This document shows positions 21,009-30,623 of a stretch of DNA of 64,000 nt, in pieces. Each line of letters begins with the position of its first letter. Within the stretch, counting starts at the first letter, position 1. Position numbers and translations under genes: made by a program. The stretch is from Bradymonadia bacterium (GTDB lineage Bacteria > Myxococcota_A > Bradymonadia > UBA7976 > UBA1532): positions 128,001-192,000 of the forward strand of contig JBKAGE010000034.1 in the NCBI GenBank assembly GCA_046290225.1, given 5' to 3'. The notes below the pieces were generated by a model, which saw only the letters and a list, made by a program, of their open reading frames with translations, searched no databases and was not told where the DNA came from.

Positions 21009-22313
21009 GTGAATCAGCAAAACGAGCCCATGGGCGTTCAGCCAACCACCGCCCCTGCTCAAACCGGCAGCGCCTTTCGGGCTGTGCCGAAGACAGGGGT
21101 CATCTATGTGATGACCGAGGCGGCCAAGCACGGCTATGTCGGTGGTGATCCGGCATGGTGCAACCTCGGCCAGGGGCAACCTGAAGCGGGGCCACTCCCC
21201 GGGGCGCCCGACCGCGTAGGCGCAGTCACCGTGTCCCTGGACGATCAGGAGTACGCGCCGGTCCCGGGCATCATGGAGCTCCGAGCGGCGGTGGCCGACC
21301 ACTACAACCAGCTGTACCGGCGGGGCATGCCCTCTCAGTACTCCGCGGAGAATGTCTGCATCTCCTCCGGTGGCCGAGCCGCCCTCACCCGTGCTGCGGC
21401 CTCTTTGGGCAGTGTGAACCTCGGGCACTTCCTGCCCGACTACACCGCCTACGAGGAACTTCTGGGGGTCTTCCGCCTGTTCTCCCCCATCCCCATCCTG
21501 CTCGATCCCTTCCGCGGGTATGATTTCTCGCTCCGAGAGCTCGAGCGTGAGGTCACCGGCCGTGGCCTCTCTGCGCTGCTGTTGTCGAACCCGTGCAACC
21601 CCACGGGGAAGCTCGTCGCCGGTGACGAGCTCGCCGGCTGGGTCTCCATCGCCCGTCGCCTCGACTGCACCCTGCTCCTCGACGAGTTCTACAGCCACTA
21701 CATCTGGAACGACGCCGCCTTTGGCGACGGGCCCCCGATGGTGAGCGCAGCGCAGTACGTCGAAGATGTAGATGTCGACCCGGTCTGTATCTTCGACGGG
21801 CTCACCAAGAACTGGCGCTACCCCGGCTGGCGCACTGCCTGGACCCTTGGGCCCAAGCGGGTCATCGAAGCCCTCGGCAGCGCCGGCAGCTTCCTCGATG
21901 GCGGCGGTCCCCGGCCCCTCCAGCGGGCGGCCATTCCTCTGCTCGATGTGGACCACACCCTCTCGGAGACCCGGGCCATTCGTCGTGTGTTTCGGCGCAA
22001 GCGCGACATGATGCTGCGCCGGCTCACCGCCATGGGCGTACACATCGACCGCGAGCCTGAGGGCACGTTCTACATCTGGGGCGATCTGCGTGATCTCCCC
22101 GAGCCTGTGAACACGGGCATGAAACTGTTCCGGCGTGCTCTGGAAGAGCAGGTGATTTGTGTGCCTGGGGAATTCTTCGACGTGAACCCTGGGGGCCGCC
22201 GAGCCAACCGGGGCAGCCGCTTCACCCACCACATTCGATTCAGCTTCGGCCCTGAGGCTACGGGCCTCGAAGCAGGCCTCGATCGACTCGAGGCCCTGAT
22301 CAACAGCCTCTGA
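21009..22313 (+). CDS. PLP-dependent aminotransferase class I/II
   Basis: NLGQGQPE, SNPCNPTG, DEFYS, GLTKNWRYPGWR (PLP Lys), IRFSF; GGAG before GTG 21009. Confidence 0.9.
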   Translation: MNQQNEPMGVQPTTAPAQTGSAFRAVPKTGVIYVMTEAAKHGYVGGDPAWCNLGQGQPEAGPLPGAPDRVGAVTVSLDDQEYAPVPGIMELRAAVADHYNQLYRRGMPSQYSAENVCISSGGRAALTRAAASLGSVNLGHFLPDYTAYEELLGVFRLFSPIPILLDPFRGYDFSLRELEREVTGRGLSALLLSNPCNPTGKLVAGDELAGWVSIARRLDCTLLLDEFYSHYIWNDAAFGDGPPMVSAAQYVEDVDVDPVCIFDGLTKNWRYPGWRTAWTLGPKRVIEALGSAGSFLDGGGPRPLQRAAIPLLDVDHTLSETRAIRRVFRRKRDMMLRRLTAMGVHIDREPEGTFYIWGDLRDLPEPVNTGMKLFRRALEEQVICVPGEFFDVNPGGRRANRGSRFTHHIRFSFGPEATGLEAGLDRLEALINSL

Positions 22314-22355
22314 AGCTGCGCCCACAGCCCGCCAGGCTCATCCTGCCGCGACAGA

Positions 22356-23321
22356 TCAGAAGACGATGCCTACACCCGCGCTGACGCTGGGGACCCAGGC
22401 GTCCACCACTTCATTGTCTTCATCGGTGGCGGTGAAGGCCGGGAGGGCGGCCTCGGCGAAGAGATCGAGGCGGGCCCCGGTGATTCTGAACAACTCTGCG
22501 CCGACCCGCAGGCCACCAGAGAGCCCAACGGCGCTGTAGTCGGTGTTCTCTCCGGGGCCCACGAGGGGGGCCGGCCCCTCGAATCGCATGTATTCGAGGC
22601 CGATGATGGGCGCGAAGTAAAAGCTCGCGTCTCCCTTTGGGTTCGAGTGCCACCTGACCTCGGCGTGCACGCCGAGGCGACCGCGAACCTCCAAGCGCTC
22701 TCTCGGCGCGTTGGGGCTCCACGCCACGGCGAGCCGACCTCCCAGGGACCACCCGGCCACCTCTCTCCGGGCGGTGATCGCCAGGCCAGGCAGGCTCTCC
22801 GCCTCGCCCTCGAGCAGGCCGGTCCACTGGTACATCTCCAAGCCGTAGTAGGTGAGCCCCTCGTTGCGCAACGTGCGCAGGGATCGTCGGAGGAAGTTGC
22901 CCTGAGCGGGACCTCGCAGGCGCACTGGGTCGTTGTGCAAAATGATGCGGAGGGTGCGCTCGATGGCCACCTCCATGTCGGCCTTCACGGGCTCGCGATG
23001 GGGCACGCCACCATTGATGCGCCCAGTGAGGAAACGCCCGCCGCCCATGCCCTCCGGGAGCTCGATCAGCTCCACGAGCAGGGTGGAGATGCACCCCTCC
23101 CCGGGCCCGGCCACCGTATGAGAGCGATGACGCTCGAGCTCCATCTCCACGAGGCGTTTGAGTGCCGGAGTCTCCATGGGCTCGGCGGCCTCAGTGGTGA
23201 TCTTGACGTCGACACAGGTCAGGATCCCCAGCTGGCTCCAGGCGAGGGTGGGCAGCAGCGTGCACAACGCCGCCACCAGGGCGCCGAAGATCCACCGGCG
23301 TTCGCGGGATCGATTGACCAT
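22356..23321 (-). CDS. Exported protein, probable outer-membrane beta-barrel
   Basis: Signal peptide (..LAWS-Q); alternating beta-strand pattern in the C-terminal half; terminal Phe (GVGIVF); paralog of the upstream gene. Confidence 0.55.
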   Translation of the reverse strand: MVNRSRERRWIFGALVAALCTLLPTLAWSQLGILTCVDVKITTEAAEPMETPALKRLVEMELERHRSHTVAGPGEGCISTLLVELIELPEGMGGGRFLTGRINGGVPHREPVKADMEVAIERTLRIILHNDPVRLRGPAQGNFLRRSLRTLRNEGLTYYGLEMYQWTGLLEGEAESLPGLAITARREVAGWSLGGRLAVAWSPNAPRERLEVRGRLGVHAEVRWHSNPKGDASFYFAPIIGLEYMRFEGPAPLVGPGENTDYSAVGLSGGLRVGAELFRITGARLDLFAEAALPAFTATDEDNEVVDAWVPSVSAGVGIVF

Positions 23322-23324
23322 GAC

Positions 23325-24464
23325 TTAGAAGATGAACCCGAGCTGGAGCAGGCCACCAGGCAGATAGGTCTCCACCGCGCCGGCATCGTTCTCGGTGTCG
23401 ATCATGTACAGCGGCAGGTGAATCTCACCCTGCACGAAGAAGTGCACCGAGTTGGTGCGCATGAACTCGTAACCGATCAAGAGGTCGAGGTTGAGGCCGC
23501 CGGAGAACAGCATCTCCCGGTCGCTGGTGTCGCGCTCCTCCCGGGCCTTGATGATGTCGAAGGCGGTGAGTTCGAAGGCGGCGCCGCTGCCGAAGTAGAA
23601 CGAGTTCATGCCCTGAGGGTCGAGGTAGCGCAGAAAATGAAGCCCCACGGCGGCGCTGCCCAGCAGATCGGTGTGCCCGCCCTGCTCGTTGTTCCGCTCC
23701 GCCACTTCGTTGGTGCCCAGGGTGCCCCGGATGAAGGTGTCCAGGGCCCAGGCCTGGTACTTCCCACGGTAGCCGAGCTGAATGTTGAGGGGGGTCAGGA
23801 TGCGCTGCTCGTTGGTAACCTGGCCATTGTCACCCACCGTGGGCAACTCACCGACCCGGACGGCGCCGCCGAGGGCGAAGGTGGTGTGTCCCTTGCCGTC
23901 GATGGTGCGCAGGCGGCCTTCGCTGTCGGCCCTGAGCACGTTCTCGCGGTTGATGGTGGTGCTCACTGGCTGATCCCGAAGCAGAGCCCAGGTCAGACGC
24001 TGGGCCAGGGCGACGAACTCGTCCAGTCGCACGCGATCCACTTTCTCTTCCCGGTTGTGGCCGCTGTATCGAGCGAAGATCGTCCACCCGACCCTGAGAG
24101 GATACAGCTCGATGGTGATGCGCTCACCACACTCGCCCTTCACCGCTTCGAAGCCCACCTCGTGGGTGACTTCGTACTCCACCATGCGCCTCAGGTAGAG
24201 TGCAGGGTCGATGTCCATCGGATCTCTGCTGGGCCCAGCGGGCAAATTCTCAGCGGCAGGATCGAGCTCGAGGGGGCTCGGCTCCGGCGCGGGGGTGTTG
24301 CTTCCGTCTGTGGAAGGATCGCCCTCTTCGGCTTCGGGAGACCAGGATCGCTGCGTCACCTCGACACACACCTTGGTGGTGCCCTCGGCACTGGCGGTGG
24401 ACACTGCAACCAGGGAGGCCAGCACGGCCCACAGCAGCGCCGATTGCGCCTGAACTCTGCTCAT
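23325..24464 (-). CDS. Exported protein, probable outer-membrane beta-barrel
   Basis: GAGGAG RBS, signal peptide (..STASA-E), amphipathic strands, terminal Phe (LQLGFIF). Confidence 0.6.
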   Translation of the reverse strand: MSRVQAQSALLWAVLASLVAVSTASAEGTTKVCVEVTQRSWSPEAEEGDPSTDGSNTPAPEPSPLELDPAAENLPAGPSRDPMDIDPALYLRRMVEYEVTHEVGFEAVKGECGERITIELYPLRVGWTIFARYSGHNREEKVDRVRLDEFVALAQRLTWALLRDQPVSTTINRENVLRADSEGRLRTIDGKGHTTFALGGAVRVGELPTVGDNGQVTNEQRILTPLNIQLGYRGKYQAWALDTFIRGTLGTNEVAERNNEQGGHTDLLGSAAVGLHFLRYLDPQGMNSFYFGSGAAFELTAFDIIKAREERDTSDREMLFSGGLNLDLLIGYEFMRTNSVHFFVQGEIHLPLYMIDTENDAGAVETYLPGGLLQLGFIF

Positions 24465-24513
24465 GGATTCTCTCCTCTCGTACATCACCGGTTTCCGGCT
24501 GGGAGGGGCCATG

Positions 24514-24529
24514 AGCAGGACCTGTGCCA
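24514..24529 (-). promoter_or_regulatory. Sigma54 (-24/-12) promoter candidate
   Basis: Minus strand TGGCACAGGTCCTGCT has GG and GC at the TGGCAC-N5-TTGC spacing, about 50 nt upstream of ATG 24464. Confidence 0.6.
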
Positions 24530-24660
24530 CCCCCTCAGATCACCAGGGTTGGCCATGACAGCGGTGTCATGGCGTGACAACAGGGCAACAGTGTGAACAG
24601 GAGTCTCAGGGGGTGTGATGGGCAGTCACGAGAGATGTACGCCCGATGCTCAAGCCTTGT

Positions 24661-25347
24661 TCATTTACCGAACAAGATTCTCCGGCAGTACACCCACCGC
24701 TTGATGGAGTGAATTCGGTCGAGGTGTTTGTGCAAGGCCTCGGCGAAGGCGCGCTTGAGGGGCTCGGGCAGGTCGGCCACAGCACGTGCGGCGGCCTCGC
24801 AATGATCGGTGTGTACCAGGGCATACTGCGTGGCGATGGGCCCCGCGAGCTCAGGGGATCCCAAGATCAGATCGGCCAGGTAGGGCAGCGGCCCCTCGGG
24901 ATCATCAGCGCAGATGGCCCGCCAGGCCTCTACCCGAAGCTCGGGCACCGCCAGAGAAGCCCGCAACACCTCTGCGGAGGCGCGATGATTGCGTGGGCGC
25001 ACCTGAATCAAGAAGTCGAGGGCCGTCTGGGCCAGCGTGCGCCCTGGGGCCAGGGCGTCTTCCACCCCGACGAACCGGCCATCCTGGGCCGAGAGGCCCT
25101 GCACCACAGGCGCGATCAGCATGCGAGCCATGAGGGCGCGGCCCGTATGAATCGCCACGGCCCGTTCCAGAGTCGTCCCCCCGGCGAGCCAGTCTGCAGC
25201 GACGTCCTCCATGGCCTCTGCGAGGGCCGGTGATTCGACAGCGGCGCGGATCAGCCAGCTCCTGCTGGCCTCCGAGTGTAGGAGGGCTGCGGACAACTCA
25301 ACCTGTGTCGGAAGCCTCTGTCCCTCGAACTCAAAAGGTGTATACAT
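24661..25347 (-). CDS. Hypothetical alpha-helical protein
   Basis: Ala/Leu-rich ORF filling the gap between neighbours; no motif recognised. Confidence 0.6.
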   Translation of the reverse strand: MYTPFEFEGQRLPTQVELSAALLHSEASRSWLIRAAVESPALAEAMEDVAADWLAGGTTLERAVAIHTGRALMARMLIAPVVQGLSAQDGRFVGVEDALAPGRTLAQTALDFLIQVRPRNHRASAEVLRASLAVPELRVEAWRAICADDPEGPLPYLADLILGSPELAGPIATQYALVHTDHCEAAARAVADLPEPLKRAFAEALHKHLDRIHSIKRWVYCRRILFGK

Positions 25348-25376
25348 GCCCACTCGCGTGTGATTGGGAGCCTGAG

Positions 25377-25685
25377 ATGTCCGTGCAATCCGCCCCCCAT
25401 CAGGGGCTTTTCGCCTTTTACAATGGTGAGTTTCACCATCACTTCCAGGACGAGCCCGAGCTCGATCACGTCATGTGGTTCGAACGGATCGGGTTGCCCA
25501 GCAGCGGCCCTGGCTTCGACACCATCCTCAGAGGCAAGGTGACCGAAGATCTCGATACCGAAGAGTTCATCATCGGTTTCTACGGCACGGCCACGCTCTC
25601 CAACGCCCGGTACAACAAGATCGTGGAGGTCTTTGGCCTCGGTGACAGCCGCATCGTCGAGAAGATGCTCATGGAGCCGTACTGA
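25377..25685 (+). CDS. Small hypothetical protein (102 aa)
   Basis: GGGAG RBS, high-GC3 codons, globular composition (MSVQSAPHQGLFAFYNGEF...). Confidence 0.65.
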   Translation: MSVQSAPHQGLFAFYNGEFHHHFQDEPELDHVMWFERIGLPSSGPGFDTILRGKVTEDLDTEEFIIGFYGTATLSNARYNKIVEVFGLGDSRIVEKMLMEPY

Positions 25686-25732
25686 GAAGATGCCCGAGGC
25701 CCCCTCTTCGGTGGCACGGGCTGATCAGAGGC

Positions 25733-26659
25733 TCAGTAGAACCGCTCCAGCTTCTCCGCGGCGGCGAGCAACTCAGGATCCGTACCTTCGGGCACCCTGA
25801 TCTGCACCCTCACCATCAGATCGCCTCGACGACCCCCCTTTTGAGTCATGCCTTTGCCCCGCAGTCTCAAACGACGGCCACTCTGCGTACCGGCGGGGAT
25901 CTTGATCTGCACTGTGGACCCTTCCGGGGTGGGCACAGTGATGGTCTGACCCTTGATGGCTTGAAGCACCGTGAGAGGTACGTCGATGGAGAGGTTGTCA
26001 CCCTCCTGGGCAAAACCTGAGGGCGGCGCCACGCGAATGATGAGGAACAGGTGGCCAGGGCCACCGATGCCCCGCCTGCCCTTCCCGGCCACGCGGATCT
26101 TCTGGCCGCTGGCCACACCGGCAGGCACCTTGACCTTGATGCCCTTGTTCCGCAGTTCGAACTCGGCCCCCTCCACCGCCTGCCTCAGGCTGATGGTGAG
26201 CTCTTCTTCCATGTCGGCCCCGCGTCGGCTCGAGGCCCTCGAAGGCTGACTGCGGCCACCGCCGAAGAGGCCCGAGAGCAAATCGTCCAGATCGCCGAAG
26301 CCACCGAAGCCACCCCCAGGCATGCCCCCGCCGGCACCGAAAGGCACGTCGAAGCGGCTGCCTGGAGCCCCAGAGCCACCGCGCTGACTCGCCCAGCGCT
26401 GATAGTTCCGGGCGGCCTCGGCATCGAAGCCATCGCGCAGGCCATCGACGCCGAACTCGTCGTAGAGGGCCCGCTTCTGCGGATCGCTGAGCACGGCGAA
26501 GGCGCCGGAGATCTCCTTGAAGCGCTCCTCGGCCACGGGATCGTCGGGATTTCGATCGGGGTGAAACTGCTTCGCCAGGGCCCGATAGGCCTTCTTGATC
26601 TCATCTGCGCTGGCGCTGCGGCCAACCCCGAGAATGGAGTAGAGGTCTTTGCTTGCCAT
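25733..26659 (-). CDS. DnaJ class B / CbpA-like co-chaperone
   Basis: J domain (DLYSILGV...QFHPDRNP), G/F-rich linker, C-terminal DnaJ domain, no CxxCxGxG zinc finger. Confidence 0.92.
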   Translation of the reverse strand: MASKDLYSILGVGRSASADEIKKAYRALAKQFHPDRNPDDPVAEERFKEISGAFAVLSDPQKRALYDEFGVDGLRDGFDAEAARNYQRWASQRGGSGAPGSRFDVPFGAGGGMPGGGFGGFGDLDDLLSGLFGGGRSQPSRASSRRGADMEEELTISLRQAVEGAEFELRNKGIKVKVPAGVASGQKIRVAGKGRRGIGGPGHLFLIIRVAPPSGFAQEGDNLSIDVPLTVLQAIKGQTITVPTPEGSTVQIKIPAGTQSGRRLRLRGKGMTQKGGRRGDLMVRVQIRVPEGTDPELLAAAEKLERFY

Positions 26660-26804
26660 GGGCCCACTGTATACACATCGGAACAAGTCGCAATGGGCGC
26701 CGTCACCGGGCAATCGTCCTGGCTCATGTGTCGGAGATGAGGTACACCCCAAAGCCTCGCCCCGCCCCGGCAGGGGCCCAGCACCACCTGTGGAGTGTGT
26801 CGAG

Positions 26805-27893
26805 GTGAAGCGTTACCCCGCCTACGAGTTTCCCGAGTATGTTCAGTGGTCTCCTGATCCAGAGGTGCAGGCCGCCTTCGATCAGGCCACGACGACGGAT
26901 CCCGACCGCAAGGCCCTCATCGCTGGCCTCGCGGAGAGCAGGCTGCTCGATCTCTACCGGGGCCTTGTCTCTGCTCGCCTGCACGACATCCAGCTCAAGC
27001 GCTGGGTGAAGCAAGGGGTCATCACCAAGGCCTGGCTCGGCAGCGGCGAAGAGGCGGTCACCGTGGGTGCCTGCGCAGCCCTGGGCGCCGAGGATGTCGT
27101 CGGGCCCATGATCCGCAACGCCTCGGCCCTCATCGAGCGCGGCGTCGATCTGCGCGCCTGCTTCGCGGCGTATCTGGGCACCGAAGATTCCATCACGGGT
27201 GGCCGCGACCTGCACATCGGGGATCCTGCTCGGGGGGTGATCCCACCCATCAGCCACGTGGCTGATCTGGTCCCGGTGATGGCGGGCTGTGCCCTGGCGT
27301 TCAAGCTCAAGAAACAGGCCTCGGTGGCGCTCACCTGGACCGGCGACGGCTCCACGGCTACGGGAGCGTTCCACGAGGGTATGCGCATGGCCGCAGCCAC
27401 CTCGGCGCCACTGATCTGCGTGGTGCAGGACAACCGGGTGGCCCTGGGCACCAAGGGCGACGCCCACTTCAAGGGTGACCTCGCCGCGATGGGCCCCGGT
27501 TACGGGATCACCACCCTCGAAATGGACGGCAATCACATCCTGGACTGCTACGCCACCACGGCACTGGCGGTGGCTCGATGTCGCGCCGGAGAAGGGCCCG
27601 TGATGATCGTAGCCCGTACGTTCCGCATGGGTGGCCACGCCACCCACGACGAGCGTGAGGCCCGGGCGCTGTTCCCCGACGAGACCTACGCATATTGGGG
27701 AAAACGGGATCCCGTGGGCATGTACGAGCACTGGCTCATAACCGCTCGGGGCATCTCCGAGGACCGCCTGAGCACCATCGAGCGCGACGCCGCCGACCGC
27801 ATCGAGGCCGCTGCTGCGGATGCGGTCTCTCGTCGCGAGATCGCCGCCCCTGATCCCACGACGGTGACCGACGGCGTCTACGGAGAGGTCTGA
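26805..27893 (+). CDS. TPP-dependent 2-oxoacid dehydrogenase E1 alpha subunit
   Basis: [19 protein letters not shown]...QDN TPP motif, [13 protein letters not shown] loop. Confidence 0.88.
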   Translation: MKRYPAYEFPEYVQWSPDPEVQAAFDQATTTDPDRKALIAGLAESRLLDLYRGLVSARLHDIQLKRWVKQGVITKAWLGSGEEAVTVGACAALGAEDVVGPMIRNASALIERGVDLRACFAAYLGTEDSITGGRDLHIGDPARGVIPPISHVADLVPVMAGCALAFKLKKQASVALTWTGDGSTATGAFHEGMRMAAATSAPLICVVQDNRVALGTKGDAHFKGDLAAMGPGYGITTLEMDGNHILDCYATTALAVARCRAGEGPVMIVARTFRMGGHATHDEREARALFPDETYAYWGKRDPVGMYEHWLITARGISEDRLSTIERDAADRIEAAAADAVSRREIAAPDPTTVTDGVYGEV

Positions 27894-28990
27894 TGAGTTC
27901 GACCCGAGGCCACCTCTGGCGCATCACCACCTTCGGCGAGTCTCATGGTCCCGCCCTCGGGGTGATCATCGACGGCTGCCCGCCGGGGCTCACCCTCGAT
28001 CTCGAGGCGATCCAGGCGGATCTGGACCGCCGCCGCCCTGGGCAGAGCAAGCTGACGACACCGCGGAAGGAGCCTGATCGCGCGGAGATCCTCTCTGGGG
28101 TCTTCGAGGGGGTGACCATGGGCACACCCATCGCGATGCTCATCCGCACTCAGGATGCTGACAGCCGGAAGTACATCCCCCTCAAAGATCTCTTCCGCCC
28201 TGGCCATGCCGACTTCACCTACCACGCCAAGTACGGTCGCCGAGACTGGCGTGGCGGCGGCCGTTCGAGCGCCCGCGAGACCGCAGCCCGAGTCGCCGCG
28301 GCGGCGGTGGCCCGCCAGTGGCTGAGCGCTCGCTTTGGGGTAGAGGTCGTGGCGTGGGTGGACCGCGTGGGTGAGGTCACCTCATCGGTGGACCCGGCCT
28401 CGGTGACCCGTGAGGCCGTCGAGGCCCACCCGGTGCGTTGCCCGGATCCTGAGGCCGCGGAGGCCATGGCAGATCGCATCAAAGAGATTCGAAAGGCCAG
28501 AGACACCATCGGCGGCACGGTGAGCGCCGTGGCCCGAGGGGTGCCTGCCGGCTGGGGGGCGCCCATCTTCGACCGACTCGAAGCCGATCTGGGCAAGGCG
28601 TGCCTCTCGCTGCCCGCGTGCAAGGGCTTCGAGGTGGGCTCGGGTTTCGCCGGCACCTACATGCTCGGTAGCGCCCACAATGATCCGTTCGTCCCCGGCG
28701 ATGAGGGTCAGGTGCAGACCACGAGCAACCACGCTGGTGGCGTACTCGGGGGCATCAGCACAGGCATGCCCATCACCCTGAAGTGCGCGTTCAAGCCTGT
28801 GGCGACGCACTTTCAGCCCCAGAAGACCGTCAACGTGGAAGGTGAAGCGGTGGATTTCGCTGCCACGGGCCGTCACGACCCCTGTGTACTGCCCCGGGCG
28901 GTGCCCCTGGTGGAGGCGGCGATGTTGTTGACCCTCGCGGATCACGCCCTGCGACAGCTGGCCTTGGAAGGCGGACGACTAGAGGGCTGA
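27893..28990 (+). CDS. aroC: Chorismate synthase
   Basis: TTFGESHG, RRRPGQS, RPGHAD, GGGRSSARETA, GGIS, GRHDPCV motifs. Confidence 0.97.
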   Translation: MSSTRGHLWRITTFGESHGPALGVIIDGCPPGLTLDLEAIQADLDRRRPGQSKLTTPRKEPDRAEILSGVFEGVTMGTPIAMLIRTQDADSRKYIPLKDLFRPGHADFTYHAKYGRRDWRGGGRSSARETAARVAAAAVARQWLSARFGVEVVAWVDRVGEVTSSVDPASVTREAVEAHPVRCPDPEAAEAMADRIKEIRKARDTIGGTVSAVARGVPAGWGAPIFDRLEADLGKACLSLPACKGFEVGSGFAGTYMLGSAHNDPFVPGDEGQVQTTSNHAGGVLGGISTGMPITLKCAFKPVATHFQPQKTVNVEGEAVDFAATGRHDPCVLPRAVPLVEAAMLLTLADHALRQLALEGGRLEG

Positions 28991-29050
28991 GAGGTCCTCA
29001 CACAACAGCGCCCGTCGCCAGAACGGTGAGGCGCAAGTGAGGACCTCTGA

Positions 29051-30577
29051 CTACTCGCCGTCCTGAGGGAAGCAGGCGAAGACATCGGGGCACATCGGCG
29101 CCTCTCCCAGCGCCTCGACACATCCGAAGGCACCCATCAACTCCGGCACACTGTTGGTGGCGCAGAGGTAGGTGCAGGCCTCAGGATCGGCGAAGGGCGT
29201 CTCCTCGTTGACCCCAACCAAACAGTCAGCCACCACCGTGCAAGCTGGCGCGCACGTCTCCACAGGAATGGGCAACCCGTCCCTACAGATCGGTACAAAC
29301 GAGCCGTCCCCTTCAGTCATGGGGTCATCTTCAGTGAGGAAGGTCACGTAGAACTGCAGCAGGGGGTCGTCGCAGGTTTCCGAAGCTGCTGCGGCGTTGA
29401 CCGCCTCTGCAGTGAAGCTGCCGTCGGCCACCGCCTCGTTGCAACCATCGATGAGCACGTTGGCAAAGCCACCCTGAATGCCTTCGATGACCGGGCAGGC
29501 ATCAGCGACGCACGCCGCAGCGCGCTCAGCCATCCCTGGGCAGCCCTCGAATGCAGGGGCCTCGAAGCAGGGGCCGAGGGCCTCACAGACTGGCGCTTCT
29601 GCTGAGCAAGCCCAGGCGCCCTCGGCGACGAAGGTCGTGGCCTGGCAGAAAAAGTCGCAGCGCTGAGGATCAGCGAGGGGGCTGTCATCTGTATCGATGC
29701 AGGCCTCGAGCTGCCCGCAGGCCGCGTCGCAGGTTTCCTGGTCTACCAGCGGGCCTGCGTTGGCGCAGAAGCCCGTGAGCACCCCGTCCTGGTCATTGGC
29801 GGGATCATCCACCAATTGTGACTGAACGTAGGGCGCCAGGAACATGCCCTGGCACATCGGATCCACCATGATGAGGTTGGAGAGATCGTCCGGGCCGACG
29901 TCGCCGCCGTTGATGGCGTCGTTACAGAACAGCGTGTAGGCCGACTCGATCAGCTCGCGGCTCTCGCCCACTGCAGCACACTCAGTCTGCAGACAATTGG
30001 CGATGCCCTCCCCGAAGATCTCACACTGAGGGTAGACGGGCTGCGCTCGGCCATCACACGCCTGTAGATAGTCATCGTTGTCGATGCTCTGCAGGCCGAA
30101 GGCCACAACATCACTGCAGGCCGCCGAGCCTTCGATGATCACGCTGAAAGAAGGCTGCTCGGCGCACGCCATCTGGCAAATGGCGTCGACCTCAGCCTCA
30201 TCCTCTGCCGCAAAGCCTGGGCACTCAGTCACAGAGCACTCGACGAATCGGGCGCAGGCAGCCTCGCACGGCTCGGGCTCTCCGCCGCCGGCGCCGCCCA
30301 TCATGCCACCCTCACCGGCCATACCGCCTTCACCGCCAGCGCCGCCTCCTGCTTCGCCGCCCATACCCGCTTCGCCGCCTGCGCCCCCACCGGCCTCGCC
30401 GTCATCGCCGGCCATTCCACCGGCGCCACCAGCACCAGCGCCGCCATCGATGGAGGCTCCACCTGCGCCACCCTCACCCTCCTGAGCGGGCGTGTCGCTG
30501 TCGTCATCGCACCCAGTGAGGGTCACAGCGACGCACAGGGCCGCCAGAGTGAAGGTCTTCAAGGGGATCCGCATCAT
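29051..30577 (-). CDS. Cys-rich repeat lipoprotein with Gly-rich tether
   Basis: LTGC-DDD lipobox, GGAGG linker, repeated CxxxC/ETCxxAC modules; AAGGA RBS. Confidence 0.75.
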   Translation of the reverse strand: MMRIPLKTFTLAALCVAVTLTGCDDDSDTPAQEGEGGAGGASIDGGAGAGGAGGMAGDDGEAGGGAGGEAGMGGEAGGGAGGEGGMAGEGGMMGGAGGGEPEPCEAACARFVECSVTECPGFAAEDEAEVDAICQMACAEQPSFSVIIEGSAACSDVVAFGLQSIDNDDYLQACDGRAQPVYPQCEIFGEGIANCLQTECAAVGESRELIESAYTLFCNDAINGGDVGPDDLSNLIMVDPMCQGMFLAPYVQSQLVDDPANDQDGVLTGFCANAGPLVDQETCDAACGQLEACIDTDDSPLADPQRCDFFCQATTFVAEGAWACSAEAPVCEALGPCFEAPAFEGCPGMAERAAACVADACPVIEGIQGGFANVLIDGCNEAVADGSFTAEAVNAAAASETCDDPLLQFYVTFLTEDDPMTEGDGSFVPICRDGLPIPVETCAPACTVVADCLVGVNEETPFADPEACTYLCATNSVPELMGAFGCVEALGEAPMCPDVFACFPQDGE

Positions 30578-30623
30578 CACGTTCCTTTCAAGAGTCGCTC
30601 GTAAGAGTGTGTAAATCGGCTGT

